From the NCBI GenBank assembly GCA_964561455.1, contig CAZLPS010000001.1, positions 48,977 to 112,976 of the forward strand: a DNA stretch of 64,000 nucleotides, in the 5' to 3' direction. The DNA is from an uncultured Opitutales bacterium. GTDB taxonomy: Bacteria > Verrucomicrobiota > Verrucomicrobiia > Opitutales > JABDGR01. Positions 37,138 through 47,281 of the stretch are shown in pieces. Position 1 is the first letter of the stretch, and each line of letters starts with the position of its first letter. The translations under genes and the position numbers were made by a program. The notes beneath the pieces are model-generated. The model did no database searches. It was not told where the DNA came from and saw only the letters and a list, made by a program, of their open reading frames with translations.

Positions 37138-38391
37138 ATGAACTACGACATTTGCGTCCTCGGTCTCGGATACATCGGCCTGCCGACGGCCTCCATCTTC
37201 GCCACCAACGGGAAAAAAGTCCTCGGCGTGGATGTCGTGTCGGCGGTGGTCGAAACCATCAACGCCGGAAGAATTCACATCGAGGAGCCCGATCTCGACG
37301 TGCTCGTGTGCACTGCAGTGCAAAGCGGCAATTTGCGCGCCGGCTCCCGGCCCGAGCCGGCGGCGACCTATATTATTGCTGTGCCCACGCCCTTTCACCA
37401 GGACAGTGCCCGCCTCAAGTCCCCTGATTTGTCTTTTGTCGAACAGGCCACCCGTTCGCTGGCCCCGGTGGTTCCGTTTGGAGCCTTGGTGATCCTGGAG
37501 TCCACCAGCCCAGTCGGTACCACCGCGAAGGTCCGCGATTGGCTGGCCGCAGAACTCTGCCGGGTTCGCCCCGACGAAGCCTCCGCGTTGGAAAACTCAT
37601 TGCGTTTTGCGCATTGCCCGGAACGGATTTTGCCCGGCAAGATGTTGAAGGAATTGGTGGCGAATGACCGCATTGCCGGCGGGCTCACCCCCGACGCCGC
37701 CCAGGCGGCAAAGTCCCTCTACCAGGCGTTTTGCACCGGCGAGATTTTTCTGACCGACGCCCGTACCGCCGAAATGGCGAAGCTCACCGAGAATTCCTTT
37801 CGCGACGTCAACATTGCCTTTGCCAATGAACTTTCCCTGATTTGCGAACAACTCAAAATTGACGTATGGGAATTGATTCGACTGGCCAACCGGCACCCGC
37901 GCGTAAAAATACTTCAACCCGGTCCGGGCGTCGGCGGCCATTGTATTGCGGTGGACCCGTGGTTCATTGTTGACGCGGCGCCGGGGTTGGCTCGGCTGAT
38001 CCGGACCGCGCGCGAGGTCAACGACAGCAAGCCCGAGTATGTCATCGCTTCGATCATGCAGGCGGCGGCAAAATTCCCCCGGCCCGTCATTGCCTGTTTG
38101 GGTTTGGCGTTTAAGGCGGACGTGGATGACCTGCGCGAAAGCCCGGCGGTGGATATTGTCGGGCAACTGGCTTTGGAAGGGGTGGGAGAGGTTTTGGCGG
38201 TGGAACCACACATTAAAGCCCTGCCAGTCGCGTTGGCGGAGCAGGGCAAAGTAACGTTGACGGATGCCACCACCGCCTTGGCCCGCGCGAATGTGGTGGT
38301 TTTGCTCGTGAGCCACCGGGCGTTTGATGACATTGACCGGCGGAAGCTGGAAGGAAAAACAGTCATCGATACCCGCGGCTTTTGGCGATGA
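37138..38391 (+). CDS. wecC: UDP-N-acetyl-D-mannosamine dehydrogenase
   Basis: GLGYIGLPTA, VPTP, HCPERILPG, ENSFRDVNIAFANE, GGHCIAVDPWF, DDLRESPA. Confidence 0.93.
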   Translation: MNYDICVLGLGYIGLPTASIFATNGKKVLGVDVVSAVVETINAGRIHIEEPDLDVLVCTAVQSGNLRAGSRPEPAATYIIAVPTPFHQDSARLKSPDLSFVEQATRSLAPVVPFGALVILESTSPVGTTAKVRDWLAAELCRVRPDEASALENSLRFAHCPERILPGKMLKELVANDRIAGGLTPDAAQAAKSLYQAFCTGEIFLTDARTAEMAKLTENSFRDVNIAFANELSLICEQLKIDVWELIRLANRHPRVKILQPGPGVGGHCIAVDPWFIVDAAPGLARLIRTAREVNDSKPEYVIASIMQAAAKFPRPVIACLGLAFKADVDDLRESPAVDIVGQLALEGVGEVLAVEPHIKALPVALAEQGKVTLTDATTALARANVVVLLVSHRAFDDIDRRKLEGKTVIDTRGFWR

Positions 38392-40322
38392 ATGTGTTCC
38401 GTAAATCGTGGTTGATTTTTAAATTTCTCGGGCCCGGCTGGGTGGCCTTCCGCGTGGGGTATGCCTTGCGCCGCCGCCTCGGCGCGTTGCGCCGGAATTC
38501 GCCCTGCCAACCGTGGAGCATGATTCCGGCAGTAGCCCGGCTGCCGGATTGGCTCCGCACCCCGGCCTGGCCAGCCCGGGGAAAAGAGTGGGGGAGTCGG
38601 TGTATTGCTGAAGCGGATGGATTGTCCCTGGGCGAATTTGTGCTTTTTTCCCTTCATGCCCGCCATCTGGGACTTCCGCCGGACTGGCACCGCAACCCTT
38701 TTTCCGGCCAATCGGCGCCCCGTGGTCGCCATTGGTCGGCGTTGGGTGACTTTGCGTTCGGTGATATCAAGACCATCTGGGAGCAGAGCCGGTTCGGTTG
38801 GGCCTTTACCCTCGTGCGCGCCCATGCGCGCACGGGTGAAGCCCGGTTCGCGGACCTATTTTGGCGGCTGTTTGAAGATTGGTGCGCCCAGAACCCGCCG
38901 AATGAAGGAGTGAATTGGAAATGCGGCCAAGAGGCTACCTTTCGCCTCATGGCCGTCACTTTTGCTTTATCGCATTTCGGCCGGTTGCCGTCGGCGACGG
39001 ATGAAAGATTGCAGCTTTGGGCGCGTTTCGTCACGGCCACGGGGCAGCGCATTGAGGCCAATTTAAGCTATGCTCTCAGCCAGTCCAATAACCATGGGAT
39101 TAGTGAATGCGTCGGTTTGGTCACCGCAAGTTTGCTCGCGGAAGATTCCGTTGCTGCCCGCCGGTGGCGTGAACTGGGTTCCCGAAAATTGGCGGAGCAA
39201 CTGCACGATTTGATTTATGCCGATGGCGGCTTTTCGCAACATTCTCTCATTTACCATCGGGTGGTATTGCACGATCTTTTGTGGCTGGTGGCGCTGTGGC
39301 ACCAGGCCGGTTTGCCCCCACTGGACTGGCTGGTGCAGAAAGCTCGGATGGCGTTGGTCTTTTTGACCCGGTTGGTGGATGCAAATACAGGACTGGGCCC
39401 TCTGTACGGCTCGAATGACGGGGCCAATGTGCTCCCACTCGACGACGGTGTTTTCCTCGATATGCGCGGGGTCCTGGCCGCCGGCCACGCTTTGCTCAAC
39501 GGTGCGCGAATTTATCCGTCCGGTCCGTGGGACGAGGCGGCCTTTTGGCTGACGGGACGAGATCCCCGGCTTTTGCCGTTGCAGACCAGCGATAACCTTT
39601 CCCCACGCTGGCACGGTTTGGAGTCCGGCGTCTTTCTTTGGTCTTCGCAGGAGACACGCTTATTTCTGCGTTGTCCCGTTTTCTTCCGCCATCGGCCGGA
39701 CCATGCTGACATGCTGCATGCGGACATTACCTGGCGCGGCCGGCCGGTGGCGCATGATACCGGTTCGTATGGCTACAATACCACGGGCGTCTTTGATGGC
39801 GCGTTGGAAAAAGCCGAAGCCCATAACTTGCTCATGATCGAGGGTCGCGAAACGCTCGAGAAGGCCGGTCGTTTTCTTTGTTTGCCTTGGCCCACCGGCA
39901 CGACGCAGTGGTCGGAGGCGGACCAAAGTTTTCGGGCCACCCATGACGGCTACCGCGCCGCCGCCCGGGTGGAACGGAGAGTATTTTCCCCTCGCGCCGG
40001 CGTATTCCGCCTCACCGACCGGGTGGAATTGCGCCACGCCGGCCGGGTCCGTTTGCACTGGCTCCTGGCGGATGCAGACTGGAAACTCGATACTGTGGCC
40101 CGGACGCTCACGGCCACGCTGGCCGGCGAAAGGTTCACCCTCTCGTGGGAGTCGGATTTGCCGGTTGGTGCAGCCACGCTGGTGCGCGCCGATCCCGCTT
40201 CGGCGCGCGGCTGGTGGTCCCGCCATTACTTGGCGGCCGATCCGGCTGTTTCCTTTGCCCTCGTGTTTGACGTGCCCAAAGCCTTGACGGTGTCCACCCA
40301 GTTTGCGCCCGGGGGCGCGTGA
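38388..40322 (+). CDS. Heparinase II/III family protein
   Basis: DIKTIWEQSRF, NW...QE...R, SNNHGISE, DGG..QHS..YHR, HADMLH, DTGSY.Y, HN. Confidence 0.82.
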   Translation: MNVFRKSWLIFKFLGPGWVAFRVGYALRRRLGALRRNSPCQPWSMIPAVARLPDWLRTPAWPARGKEWGSRCIAEADGLSLGEFVLFSLHARHLGLPPDWHRNPFSGQSAPRGRHWSALGDFAFGDIKTIWEQSRFGWAFTLVRAHARTGEARFADLFWRLFEDWCAQNPPNEGVNWKCGQEATFRLMAVTFALSHFGRLPSATDERLQLWARFVTATGQRIEANLSYALSQSNNHGISECVGLVTASLLAEDSVAARRWRELGSRKLAEQLHDLIYADGGFSQHSLIYHRVVLHDLLWLVALWHQAGLPPLDWLVQKARMALVFLTRLVDANTGLGPLYGSNDGANVLPLDDGVFLDMRGVLAAGHALLNGARIYPSGPWDEAAFWLTGRDPRLLPLQTSDNLSPRWHGLESGVFLWSSQETRLFLRCPVFFRHRPDHADMLHADITWRGRPVAHDTGSYGYNTTGVFDGALEKAEAHNLLMIEGRETLEKAGRFLCLPWPTGTTQWSEADQSFRATHDGYRAAARVERRVFSPRAGVFRLTDRVELRHAGRVRLHWLLADADWKLDTVARTLTATLAGERFTLSWESDLPVGAATLVRADPASARGWWSRHYLAADPAVSFALVFDVPKALTVSTQFAPGGA

Positions 40323-40325
40323 GCC

Positions 40326-41579
40326 ATGCACGTTCTTTACTTCCACCAATACTTCAACACCCCCCGGGGGGGCAGTGGCATTCGCTCCTACGAGTTTGCG
40401 CGGGCGCTGCTCGCTCGCGGCCATCGCGTCACCATGGTTTGTGTCAACGAGGTGACTGACCCGCTCGATCTTCCAGGCCCCCGCTCCGGGCCGATGAGGC
40501 GAGGCGTCATTGACGGAATTGACGTAATCCAGTTCAATTTGAATTACTCCAACCACCAAAGCCTCCCCCAAAGGGCCGGGGTCTTTCTGCGGTTCGCGGC
40601 GCGCGGTATCGGCCTGGCCTTGACCCTCGATTACGATTTGATTTTTGCCACTAGCACCCCGCTGACCGCCGGAATTCCGGGAATTTTTGCGCGGGTGCTA
40701 CGCCGCAAGCCGTTTGTGTTTGAGGTCCGCGATTTGTGGCCCGAATTGCCCAAGGCCATGGGCGTGGTAAAAAATCCCCTGGTCCTGGTTGGTCTCAGTG
40801 CGTTGGAATGGTTGAGTTACCGGGCGGCGTCGGCATGCATCGGTTTGTCCGCTGGCATCGGCCGGGGCATCGCCGCCCGCGCCCGCAGAAATTTGCCCAT
40901 CGCGATCATCCCCAATGCCGCTGACTTAGATATTTTTAATCCCGGTCGGCGCGAGGACTTGCGCCTCGACGGCGTGGGGCCGCGGGATTTTGTGGCGGTC
41001 TTCACCGGTGCGCACGGTCAGGCCAACGGGTTGGACGCCGTGCTGGATGCGGCGGCCGAACTGCAGCGTCGGGGCCGGCGGGACATTGTATTTGCTTTTA
41101 TCGGCGAAGGCAAAATGAAGCCGAAACTGGTTGGCCGGGCGCAACGCGAGGGACTGAATAACTGCCGCTTTTTCGACCTGATGCCCAAAACCCGGTTGAA
41201 TAGTGTCATCAGTTGCGCTGATGCCGGATTGATGATTCTCGCAAATGTGCCGGCCTTTTATTATGGCACGTCGCCCAATAAATTTTTTGACTATATCGCC
41301 GCCGGCTTGCCGGTGATTAATAATTACCCTGGCTGGTTGGCTGAAATGATTCAGGAACATCGCTGCGGCCTTGCGGTGCCACCTGGCCAGGCCAGCGCCC
41401 TCGCCGACGCCCTTTGCTCATTGGCGGACCAGCCCGAATTGCGCCGGGAATTTGGGCGTAATGCCCGGCATCTCGCTGTCACCAAGTTTGCCCGCGCCGC
41501 CATGGCGAAAAAGTTTGTTGATTGGCTGGAGGCGGTCCGGCAAAACCGTGCCCCTGCCGGCTTGCAGCAGTTTGCCTAA
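40326..41579 (+). CDS. GT4 glycosyltransferase (WbuB-like)
   Basis: QYFNTP, TSTPL, EVRDLWPE, GAHGQANGL, SPNKFFDYIAAG. Confidence 0.9.
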   Translation: MHVLYFHQYFNTPRGGSGIRSYEFARALLARGHRVTMVCVNEVTDPLDLPGPRSGPMRRGVIDGIDVIQFNLNYSNHQSLPQRAGVFLRFAARGIGLALTLDYDLIFATSTPLTAGIPGIFARVLRRKPFVFEVRDLWPELPKAMGVVKNPLVLVGLSALEWLSYRAASACIGLSAGIGRGIAARARRNLPIAIIPNAADLDIFNPGRREDLRLDGVGPRDFVAVFTGAHGQANGLDAVLDAAAELQRRGRRDIVFAFIGEGKMKPKLVGRAQREGLNNCRFFDLMPKTRLNSVISCADAGLMILANVPAFYYGTSPNKFFDYIAAGLPVINNYPGWLAEMIQEHRCGLAVPPGQASALADALCSLADQPELRREFGRNARHLAVTKFARAAMAKKFVDWLEAVRQNRAPAGLQQFA

Positions 41580-41605
41580 GTTTCTTCAAAAACTTTTCAG
41601 TTTCC

Positions 41606-42469
41606 ATGAGCCAGCCGCCCGCACTCGTTTTGCCCGACACCGGCGAGGTTTGCCTCCTGACGCCGGAGGCCATGGCTGAATGGTGGCGTGCACAAGGCCG
41701 CAAGGTTTGCCAATTTCGCGGCCGCTTATGGGAGGAGGTGCGCCCGGGCGGCTACTTTCAGCCCATTCATCCCCTCGCCCGCTTGCGCAAAGACGAAATT
41801 GCCCGCCCCCGTTGGTGGGCTTGGGGTTTTCGTGCCGCCGTCGCCGATACCGACCGTGATTTCGCCAATGCGACCCTGCCCACCCAGCTGCTGGCCAACT
41901 TGGCGGACTATGACCTCGGTCAATTGCCCCCGAGGCGCCGGACCTATTTGCGCGGCTGCCTCAAGGCGGTGCGCTTGGTGCGCCTTGACCGCACCCTTAT
42001 GGAAGAGCAGGGCTTCGCGGTGGCGTGTTCTTCCATCCGGCGCACCGGCTATCTCAAAGTGCCGTCACCCGCTGAATATCGGCAATCCCTGTCTGCGGAT
42101 TTTTTGCGGCCGGAAGTTGTGCTCCTCGGCGGACTGGTGGACGGCCGTCTGGGCGGCTATATTGTCGCCTATGCCATCGAGGGCACGGCTTATATTGAGC
42201 GCGTGCTGATTGCTTCGGAATTTCTCGATTACAACATTACCACGGGCGTGGTCTACCAATTCGCCCAAATGTGCCGCCGTCATGGCGGTATTCGCGAAAT
42301 GGTTTATGGATTGCACTCGCGGGAAGACGACAAGCTTTGCCAGTTTAAGGAGCACATGCGTTTTTCCGTTGTCCCGGTGCCGTCGCGGATCTACCTTAAT
42401 CCCCTGATGAGCCATTACGTCAAGTGGCGGCAACCCCATGTTCATTACCGGATGACTGGCCTGCCCTGA
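41606..42469 (+). CDS. Putative GNAT/FemAB-like acyltransferase
   Basis: RRRTYLR, LGGYIVAY...AYIE, YG......LCQFKE resemble the FemAB/Acetyltransf_6 fold. Confidence 0.55.
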   Translation: MSQPPALVLPDTGEVCLLTPEAMAEWWRAQGRKVCQFRGRLWEEVRPGGYFQPIHPLARLRKDEIARPRWWAWGFRAAVADTDRDFANATLPTQLLANLADYDLGQLPPRRRTYLRGCLKAVRLVRLDRTLMEEQGFAVACSSIRRTGYLKVPSPAEYRQSLSADFLRPEVVLLGGLVDGRLGGYIVAYAIEGTAYIERVLIASEFLDYNITTGVVYQFAQMCRRHGGIREMVYGLHSREDDKLCQFKEHMRFSVVPVPSRIYLNPLMSHYVKWRQPHVHYRMTGLP

Positions 42470-43185
42470 TCGCCCTCCGCCACTGCTCCGCTGGGTCCAT
42501 AAACTTTCCATTCACAGAGGGTTTGCGTTAGCCAGCTGCGGCGCCGCGGTCGGCCCGCCAGCGGGCGCAAAAACTGCAAATCGTCAAACAAATGTTGGCA
42601 TTTCGAACAATTGTAAAGCATCACATACCATTGGCGCGGATGGGCGGCTTGGCTCCGGCGCAGATTCTGCACGACGGGTGCCATGACCTTTTCGTTGAAG
42701 GGATTATAAAAAAACAGCACGCAGTTGCCGGTGGGTGGCTCAAATTCCATGGCGTCCGCAGCCAATACTTCCATCCGTGCCCCCGGTACGCGGGGTTGGA
42801 ATATTGCAATGTTTCGCCGGGCGATTTCGACCATGTCCGGCGCATAATCCAGCCCGGTAATTCGGCGAAATCCAGCCTGCGCCGCCAGCAGGAGCGTCCG
42901 GCCCTTGCCGCAACCGTAGTCCAGAAAGTGGAGCGAATCCAGTGGCGGCGGAACCTCCCGCAGCATCCGCCGAAATTCGCCCGTCGGCGTGGGCTGATAC
43001 TCAATTCCAAACGGCTTGTTGGCGCTGCTCGTGCGCAGGACGGCGTTGGCCACGAAGTTGCTGGTTTCGGTGCCGTAGCGCCAGTCAAAGGCGGCTTTGT
43101 CCGCCATGCGCAATACGGCGCTCCGGATGCGCATGAGGGTGGCGGAGGGCATGGATGAAAAACCGGTGGAGCCGGGCGTGCTCAT
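42445..43185 (-). CDS. Class I SAM-dependent methyltransferase
   Basis: FLDYGCGKGR, GLDYAP, LAADA, FFYNPF; start uncertain (43191, 43185 or 43152). Confidence 0.8.
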   Translation of the reverse strand: MSTPGSTGFSSMPSATLMRIRSAVLRMADKAAFDWRYGTETSNFVANAVLRTSSANKPFGIEYQPTPTGEFRRMLREVPPPLDSLHFLDYGCGKGRTLLLAAQAGFRRITGLDYAPDMVEIARRNIAIFQPRVPGARMEVLAADAMEFEPPTGNCVLFFYNPFNEKVMAPVVQNLRRSQAAHPRQWYVMLYNCSKCQHLFDDLQFLRPLAGRPRRRSWLTQTLCEWKVYGPSGAVAEGDQGRPVIR

Positions 43186-43219
43186 TGCCATCCCGGCCTG
43201 ACGATTCCTGATTTCAAAA

Positions 43220-43870
43220 ATGAGCTTATATCGCCATGGCGGCAAGCGAGCATTCGACCTTGTGCTGGTCCTGCTGATGGCGCCGGTTTGGCTGCCATTG
43301 CTGGCGGTCGTGGCGGTATTGGTCCGCGCCAAGCTCGGTTCTCCGGTGCTCTTTCGCCAACCCCGTCCTGGTCGCTATGCCACGACGTTTGCAATTATAA
43401 AATTTCGCTCCATGACGGAGGCCCGCGACACCTTGGGCAACCTTTTGCCGGACCCCGCCCGCCAGACCTCATTTGGCCGCTGGCTGCGGCGCACGTCGCT
43501 GGATGAATTACCCGAATTAATCAACGTGGTCCGCGGGGACATGAGCCTCGTGGGCCCCCGCCCCCTCCTCATTCGCTACTTGCCGCGCTATTCTCCGACC
43601 CAAGCCCGCCGCCACGACGTGCTGCCGGGCATTACCGGTCTGGCCCAAGTCAAAGGCCGCAACAACATCTCTTGGGAGGAAAAATTTCGCCTCGATGTCT
43701 GGTACGCGGAGAATTTGTCCTGGGGGCTTGATATTAAGATTTTGTTGCTGACTGTCGGAAAGGTGCTGGCGCACGAAGGTGTCGTTGAGCCTGCCACTGG
43801 CGTTCACCAGGAATTTCTGGGCAGCCCACCCCCCGTCGGCCCACCTGACCCCCAAAATTTGCCAAAATAG
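43220..43870 (+). CDS. Priming phosphoglycosyltransferase, PglC-like sugar transferase
   Basis: KRAFDL, FRQPRPG, KFRSM, RRTSLDELP, GDMSLVGPRP, PGITGLAQV.GRN. Confidence 0.92.
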   Translation: MSLYRHGGKRAFDLVLVLLMAPVWLPLLAVVAVLVRAKLGSPVLFRQPRPGRYATTFAIIKFRSMTEARDTLGNLLPDPARQTSFGRWLRRTSLDELPELINVVRGDMSLVGPRPLLIRYLPRYSPTQARRHDVLPGITGLAQVKGRNNISWEEKFRLDVWYAENLSWGLDIKILLLTVGKVLAHEGVVEPATGVHQEFLGSPPPVGPPDPQNLPK

Positions 43871-43940
43871 TGGCGAAAGTTCCCCCAAATTGAGCCGATA
43901 CGGGAAATGGCACCGCCACTCTGACCGCAATTACCCCCCG

Positions 43941-45056
43941 ATGTTTTTTGACGGAATCATCAGCGCCGATGATCCCCGGTGGACGGAAGTCCTCGGGCGC
44001 TTTCCCGCGTACGATTTCCACCACCTCCCGGCCTATGTTGCGCTTGAGGCCGAGCGCCGGGGAGCCAAGGCCGGTGCCTATGTCCTGCAATGCGACCAGG
44101 GATCTTTTCTGTTGCCCTTGCTCGAATCGCAAGTGCCGCTGACGTTGCAACCCGAGGGTATTTCCCCGGAAGATGCGCTCGCGCCCTACGGCTATGCGGG
44201 GCCTTTGATCGCCGCCGATGGCGACATGATGCAACGCGAGAAATTTGTCGCGCTGGTGCTGGCCCGGTTGGTGGAACATCTGCGCTGCCGGAATATTTGT
44301 TCCCTCCTGTTGCGCTTTCATCCGTTGTTGCCGATTCCACTCAAGCCTTTTCAAGCCCTCGGGCATCTGGTGTTTCACGGCGAGACGGTGGACGTGGATT
44401 TGCGCCAGACGCCCGCGCAACTCTGGTCCGACACTCGCCGTGATTTCCGCAACCCGATCAATCGCATGGAGCGCCAGGGTTTCCGGTTTGAGCTGGATTT
44501 TGCCGCGCAGCGCTTGGGCGACTTTGTGAAAATCTATCATGAAACCATGCTTCGCGTGCGGGCCGATCCCCAGTATTTCTTCTCCCAGGATTATTTCCGC
44601 GGCTTGAAGACCGCTTTGGGGCCCGGCTTCGTTCTGGCCCACGTCTTCAACCCGGCGGGTGAAATGGTTTCGAGTGGCATCTTCACCGTTTGTTCGGGCA
44701 TCGTGCAATACCACTTGTCGGGCAATTCATTTGGTGGCCAGGGTTCGGATGGTTCAAAATTGCTGCTGCACGGTGTCCGCCAGTGGGCGCGGGAACACGG
44801 CTCTACCCATTTTCATCTGGGTGGTGGAGTCGGGGCCCGCAACGATTCCCTGTTCTTGTTCAAAAGCGGGTTTTCCTCGGGCCGGGCGCAATTTCATACC
44901 TGGCGGCTGATTGTGGACGCCGCCGCCTATCAGCGCCTCTGCCAACGGTGGGAGTTGCTCAACCGCCAGCCCGCCGACGCTCCGGAAGGCTTTTTCCCAG
45001 CTTACCGGAAAATGCTTCCCGCACCGGCGGCGCTGGGCGAGCGCCAATGCGCTTGA
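43941..45056 (+). CDS. GNAT/FemAB-like acyltransferase
   Basis: PYGYAGP, RFHPL, YFFSQDYF, YHLSG, HLGGG, LFLFKSGF. Confidence 0.78.
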   Translation: MFFDGIISADDPRWTEVLGRFPAYDFHHLPAYVALEAERRGAKAGAYVLQCDQGSFLLPLLESQVPLTLQPEGISPEDALAPYGYAGPLIAADGDMMQREKFVALVLARLVEHLRCRNICSLLLRFHPLLPIPLKPFQALGHLVFHGETVDVDLRQTPAQLWSDTRRDFRNPINRMERQGFRFELDFAAQRLGDFVKIYHETMLRVRADPQYFFSQDYFRGLKTALGPGFVLAHVFNPAGEMVSSGIFTVCSGIVQYHLSGNSFGGQGSDGSKLLLHGVRQWAREHGSTHFHLGGGVGARNDSLFLFKSGFSSGRAQFHTWRLIVDAAAYQRLCQRWELLNRQPADAPEGFFPAYRKMLPAPAALGERQCA

Positions 45057-45123
45057 GACCAACTCTTTAGTTTGTTTATTCCTGACCACCCAGCAGGAAA
45101 ACACATTAAGATTCCATAAACGC

Positions 45124-45152
45124 TTGATTTCGAGTAACCGATTTGAGATTAT
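45124..45152 (+). promoter_or_regulatory. Possible internal promoter in an AT-rich gap before the acylation cassette
   Basis: TTGATT-17nt-GATTAT with TG at the extended -10 position. Confidence 0.35.
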
Positions 45153-45194
45153 GTTGGCCTTGTCGCGGCGTTTCCGCGGAAGAGCCGTTTCCCA

Positions 45195-45953
45195 ATGCTC
45201 GAGCCTTTATCCTCAAGTGATTCCCCGCGCCCACTAGTCATTGTAGGCGCTGGGGGCCATGGCCTCGAGGTCCTGTGGGTCGCCGCCCGGATGTCGCTCG
45301 ATCCCGTGTTCGGCAGTTGGAACGTCTTGGGCTTTGTCGACGACCGTCAGAGCTTGCGGGGTCGTTTGGTCGAGGGTCTGCCTGTACTTGGTTCGGTGCT
45401 TGAGTTCTTGGAATCGCACCGGGGCCGGCCAATTTATTTCCACTGCGCTGTCGGCAGCAATTTGCAGCGGCAACGCTTGGGGGATTTGTTTGAACGGGAG
45501 GGCTTTCAACCGGCCACCATCATGGACCCGTTGACCGTCGTCTCCCCGCGGGCTAAAATTGGGCCCGGGTGCTATGTCGCCCCGCGCTGTTATATTGGGC
45601 CCTATGCCGAATTGGGAAAGTATGTTCTCGTCAATGTCGGGTCCAGCGTTGGGCATCATGCCATCATGGGCGATTACTCCCAGGCTTGCCCCGGTGTGCG
45701 CGTCAACGGCCATTCCATTGTGGATAAACTGGTTTTTTTGGGCTCCAATTCCGTTGTCCATCCGGGTAAACGCGTCGGCGAGAATTCCACCGTGGCCGCG
45801 GGCTCCTTTGTGGTGCGGGACGTTCCTCCCAATACGCTCGTGGTGGGTGTGCCCGCCGTCGCGGTCCACCACACGCCGGTGTTTGAGGGCGAAGGCACCA
45901 ACCAGGAGGCCCTTCCCCGGCCGCCCACCCAGGCTATTCCACCGGTTGTATGA
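45195..45953 (+). CDS. NeuD/PglD-family sugar acyltransferase (left-handed beta-helix)
   Basis: IVGAGGHG, GFVDD, AVGSN...R, hexapeptide repeats, VGHH, VGVPA. Confidence 0.88.
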   Translation: MLEPLSSSDSPRPLVIVGAGGHGLEVLWVAARMSLDPVFGSWNVLGFVDDRQSLRGRLVEGLPVLGSVLEFLESHRGRPIYFHCAVGSNLQRQRLGDLFEREGFQPATIMDPLTVVSPRAKIGPGCYVAPRCYIGPYAELGKYVLVNVGSSVGHHAIMGDYSQACPGVRVNGHSIVDKLVFLGSNSVVHPGKRVGENSTVAAGSFVVRDVPPNTLVVGVPAVAVHHTPVFEGEGTNQEALPRPPTQAIPPVV

Positions 45954-46171
45954 TTTCCGACGAGTCAATTCGGCAGGCTGTGGCGCGGGAACTTAAGGTT
46001 CCGCCCAGTTTGTTGCTGCCCGAAACCGTCTTGCACTCCCTGCCGGGCTTTGATTCGGTGCAATTATTGATGCTCATGGTTGCCTTGGAGGAAATTGGCG
46101 TCAAAATCCCCACCACCGAGGCCGCCAATTTGCGCACGTTCGGGGAACTTCTCGTCTTCGAGCGCAAGTAG
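45950..46171 (+). CDS. Acyl carrier protein
   Basis: 73 aa; GFDSVQLL phosphopantetheine motif. Confidence 0.78.
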   Translation: MISDESIRQAVARELKVPPSLLLPETVLHSLPGFDSVQLLMLMVALEEIGVKIPTTEAANLRTFGELLVFERK

Positions 46172-46198
46172 ATTCTTTCCCGGCCCCGATTCCGGTCC

Positions 46199-47281
46199 AT
46201 GCTGCACGCCGCCCTCACTGCGATTCATCACGTCGTGCCCGCTCGCCGTTTGACGGCGGCCGAGTTGGAGGCGCGATTCGGGGCGAAGAGTGTTCAGTCC
46301 ATTACCTCGTTGTCTGGCATTCGTGAGCGCCGTATCGTTGAGCCAGGGATGACCGCTTCGGATTTGGCCTTTGCCGCGGCCGACCGGTTGCTCGAAGCCC
46401 GGGGCATCCCGCGGCCGTCGCTGGACGTGCTCGTGGTCACCACCCAAACAGGTGATTATCAGATTCCCGGCACGGCCTACGTGTTGCATGAACGCCTCGG
46501 ATTGTCCCCACATTGTGCCGCCTTTGACCTCGCCCAGGGTTGTTCGGCTTTTCCCTACTCGCTGGCTGTCGCCCAGGGATTGTTCGCGGCTGGTCTGGCC
46601 CGGCGCGCGCTCGTCCTCAACGCGGATGCAGTTTCCTCCATTCTTCATCCGCAGGACCGTACCCTGGTCACCCTGCACGGCGATGGCGCCACCGCAACCT
46701 TGTTGGAGACCGCCACCGCCAATGAAGGTTTGCTCGGTTTTCATTTGGGTACCGACAGTTCCGGCTGGCGGTACCTGTGCATGCCGGCTTCCGGTGCGCG
46801 CCAGCCGCGCGATGAATCCACCCGCCGGGAAATTACTGACGAATTCGGCAATGTTCGGACGGCGGAGCATTTCCAGATGAACGGGCAGGCCGTGTTTCAT
46901 TTTGCGATCCACAAGATTCCCGAGGTGGTCGGCGAAGCACTGGGCAAATTTGGCGTGTCGCTGGCGGATTTGGATCTGGTCATTCTCCACCAGGCCAACC
47001 GGTTTATGATTCAGCAGATATATAAAAAACTCGGTGTGCCGGCTGAAAAACAGTTCTTTTACCTCGAGGACGTCGGCAACCTCAGTGGCGCGGCCACTCC
47101 GGCGGCATTGTCGGAAGCCGTGCGCCAGGGCCGTGTCCGCCCCGGCGCCTTGATTTTACTGGTCAGTTTTGGCGTGGGCCTCTCCTGGGGCATTGCCCTT
47201 GTGCGCGTCGGCCCACATGGCTTGGTGCCCATTTCGGCCTCCACCGAATTGACGCTGGTGAATCCAAATTCCCAGTCATGA
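46199..47281 (+). CDS. 3-oxoacyl-ACP synthase III (FabH-like)
   Basis: SGIRERR, AQGCSAF (Cys), HQAN (His), GNLSGA (Asn), SFGVGLSWG. Confidence 0.9.
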   Translation: MLHAALTAIHHVVPARRLTAAELEARFGAKSVQSITSLSGIRERRIVEPGMTASDLAFAAADRLLEARGIPRPSLDVLVVTTQTGDYQIPGTAYVLHERLGLSPHCAAFDLAQGCSAFPYSLAVAQGLFAAGLARRALVLNADAVSSILHPQDRTLVTLHGDGATATLLETATANEGLLGFHLGTDSSGWRYLCMPASGARQPRDESTRREITDEFGNVRTAEHFQMNGQAVFHFAIHKIPEVVGEALGKFGVSLADLDLVILHQANRFMIQQIYKKLGVPAEKQFFYLEDVGNLSGAATPAALSEAVRQGRVRPGALILLVSFGVGLSWGIALVRVGPHGLVPISASTELTLVNPNSQS

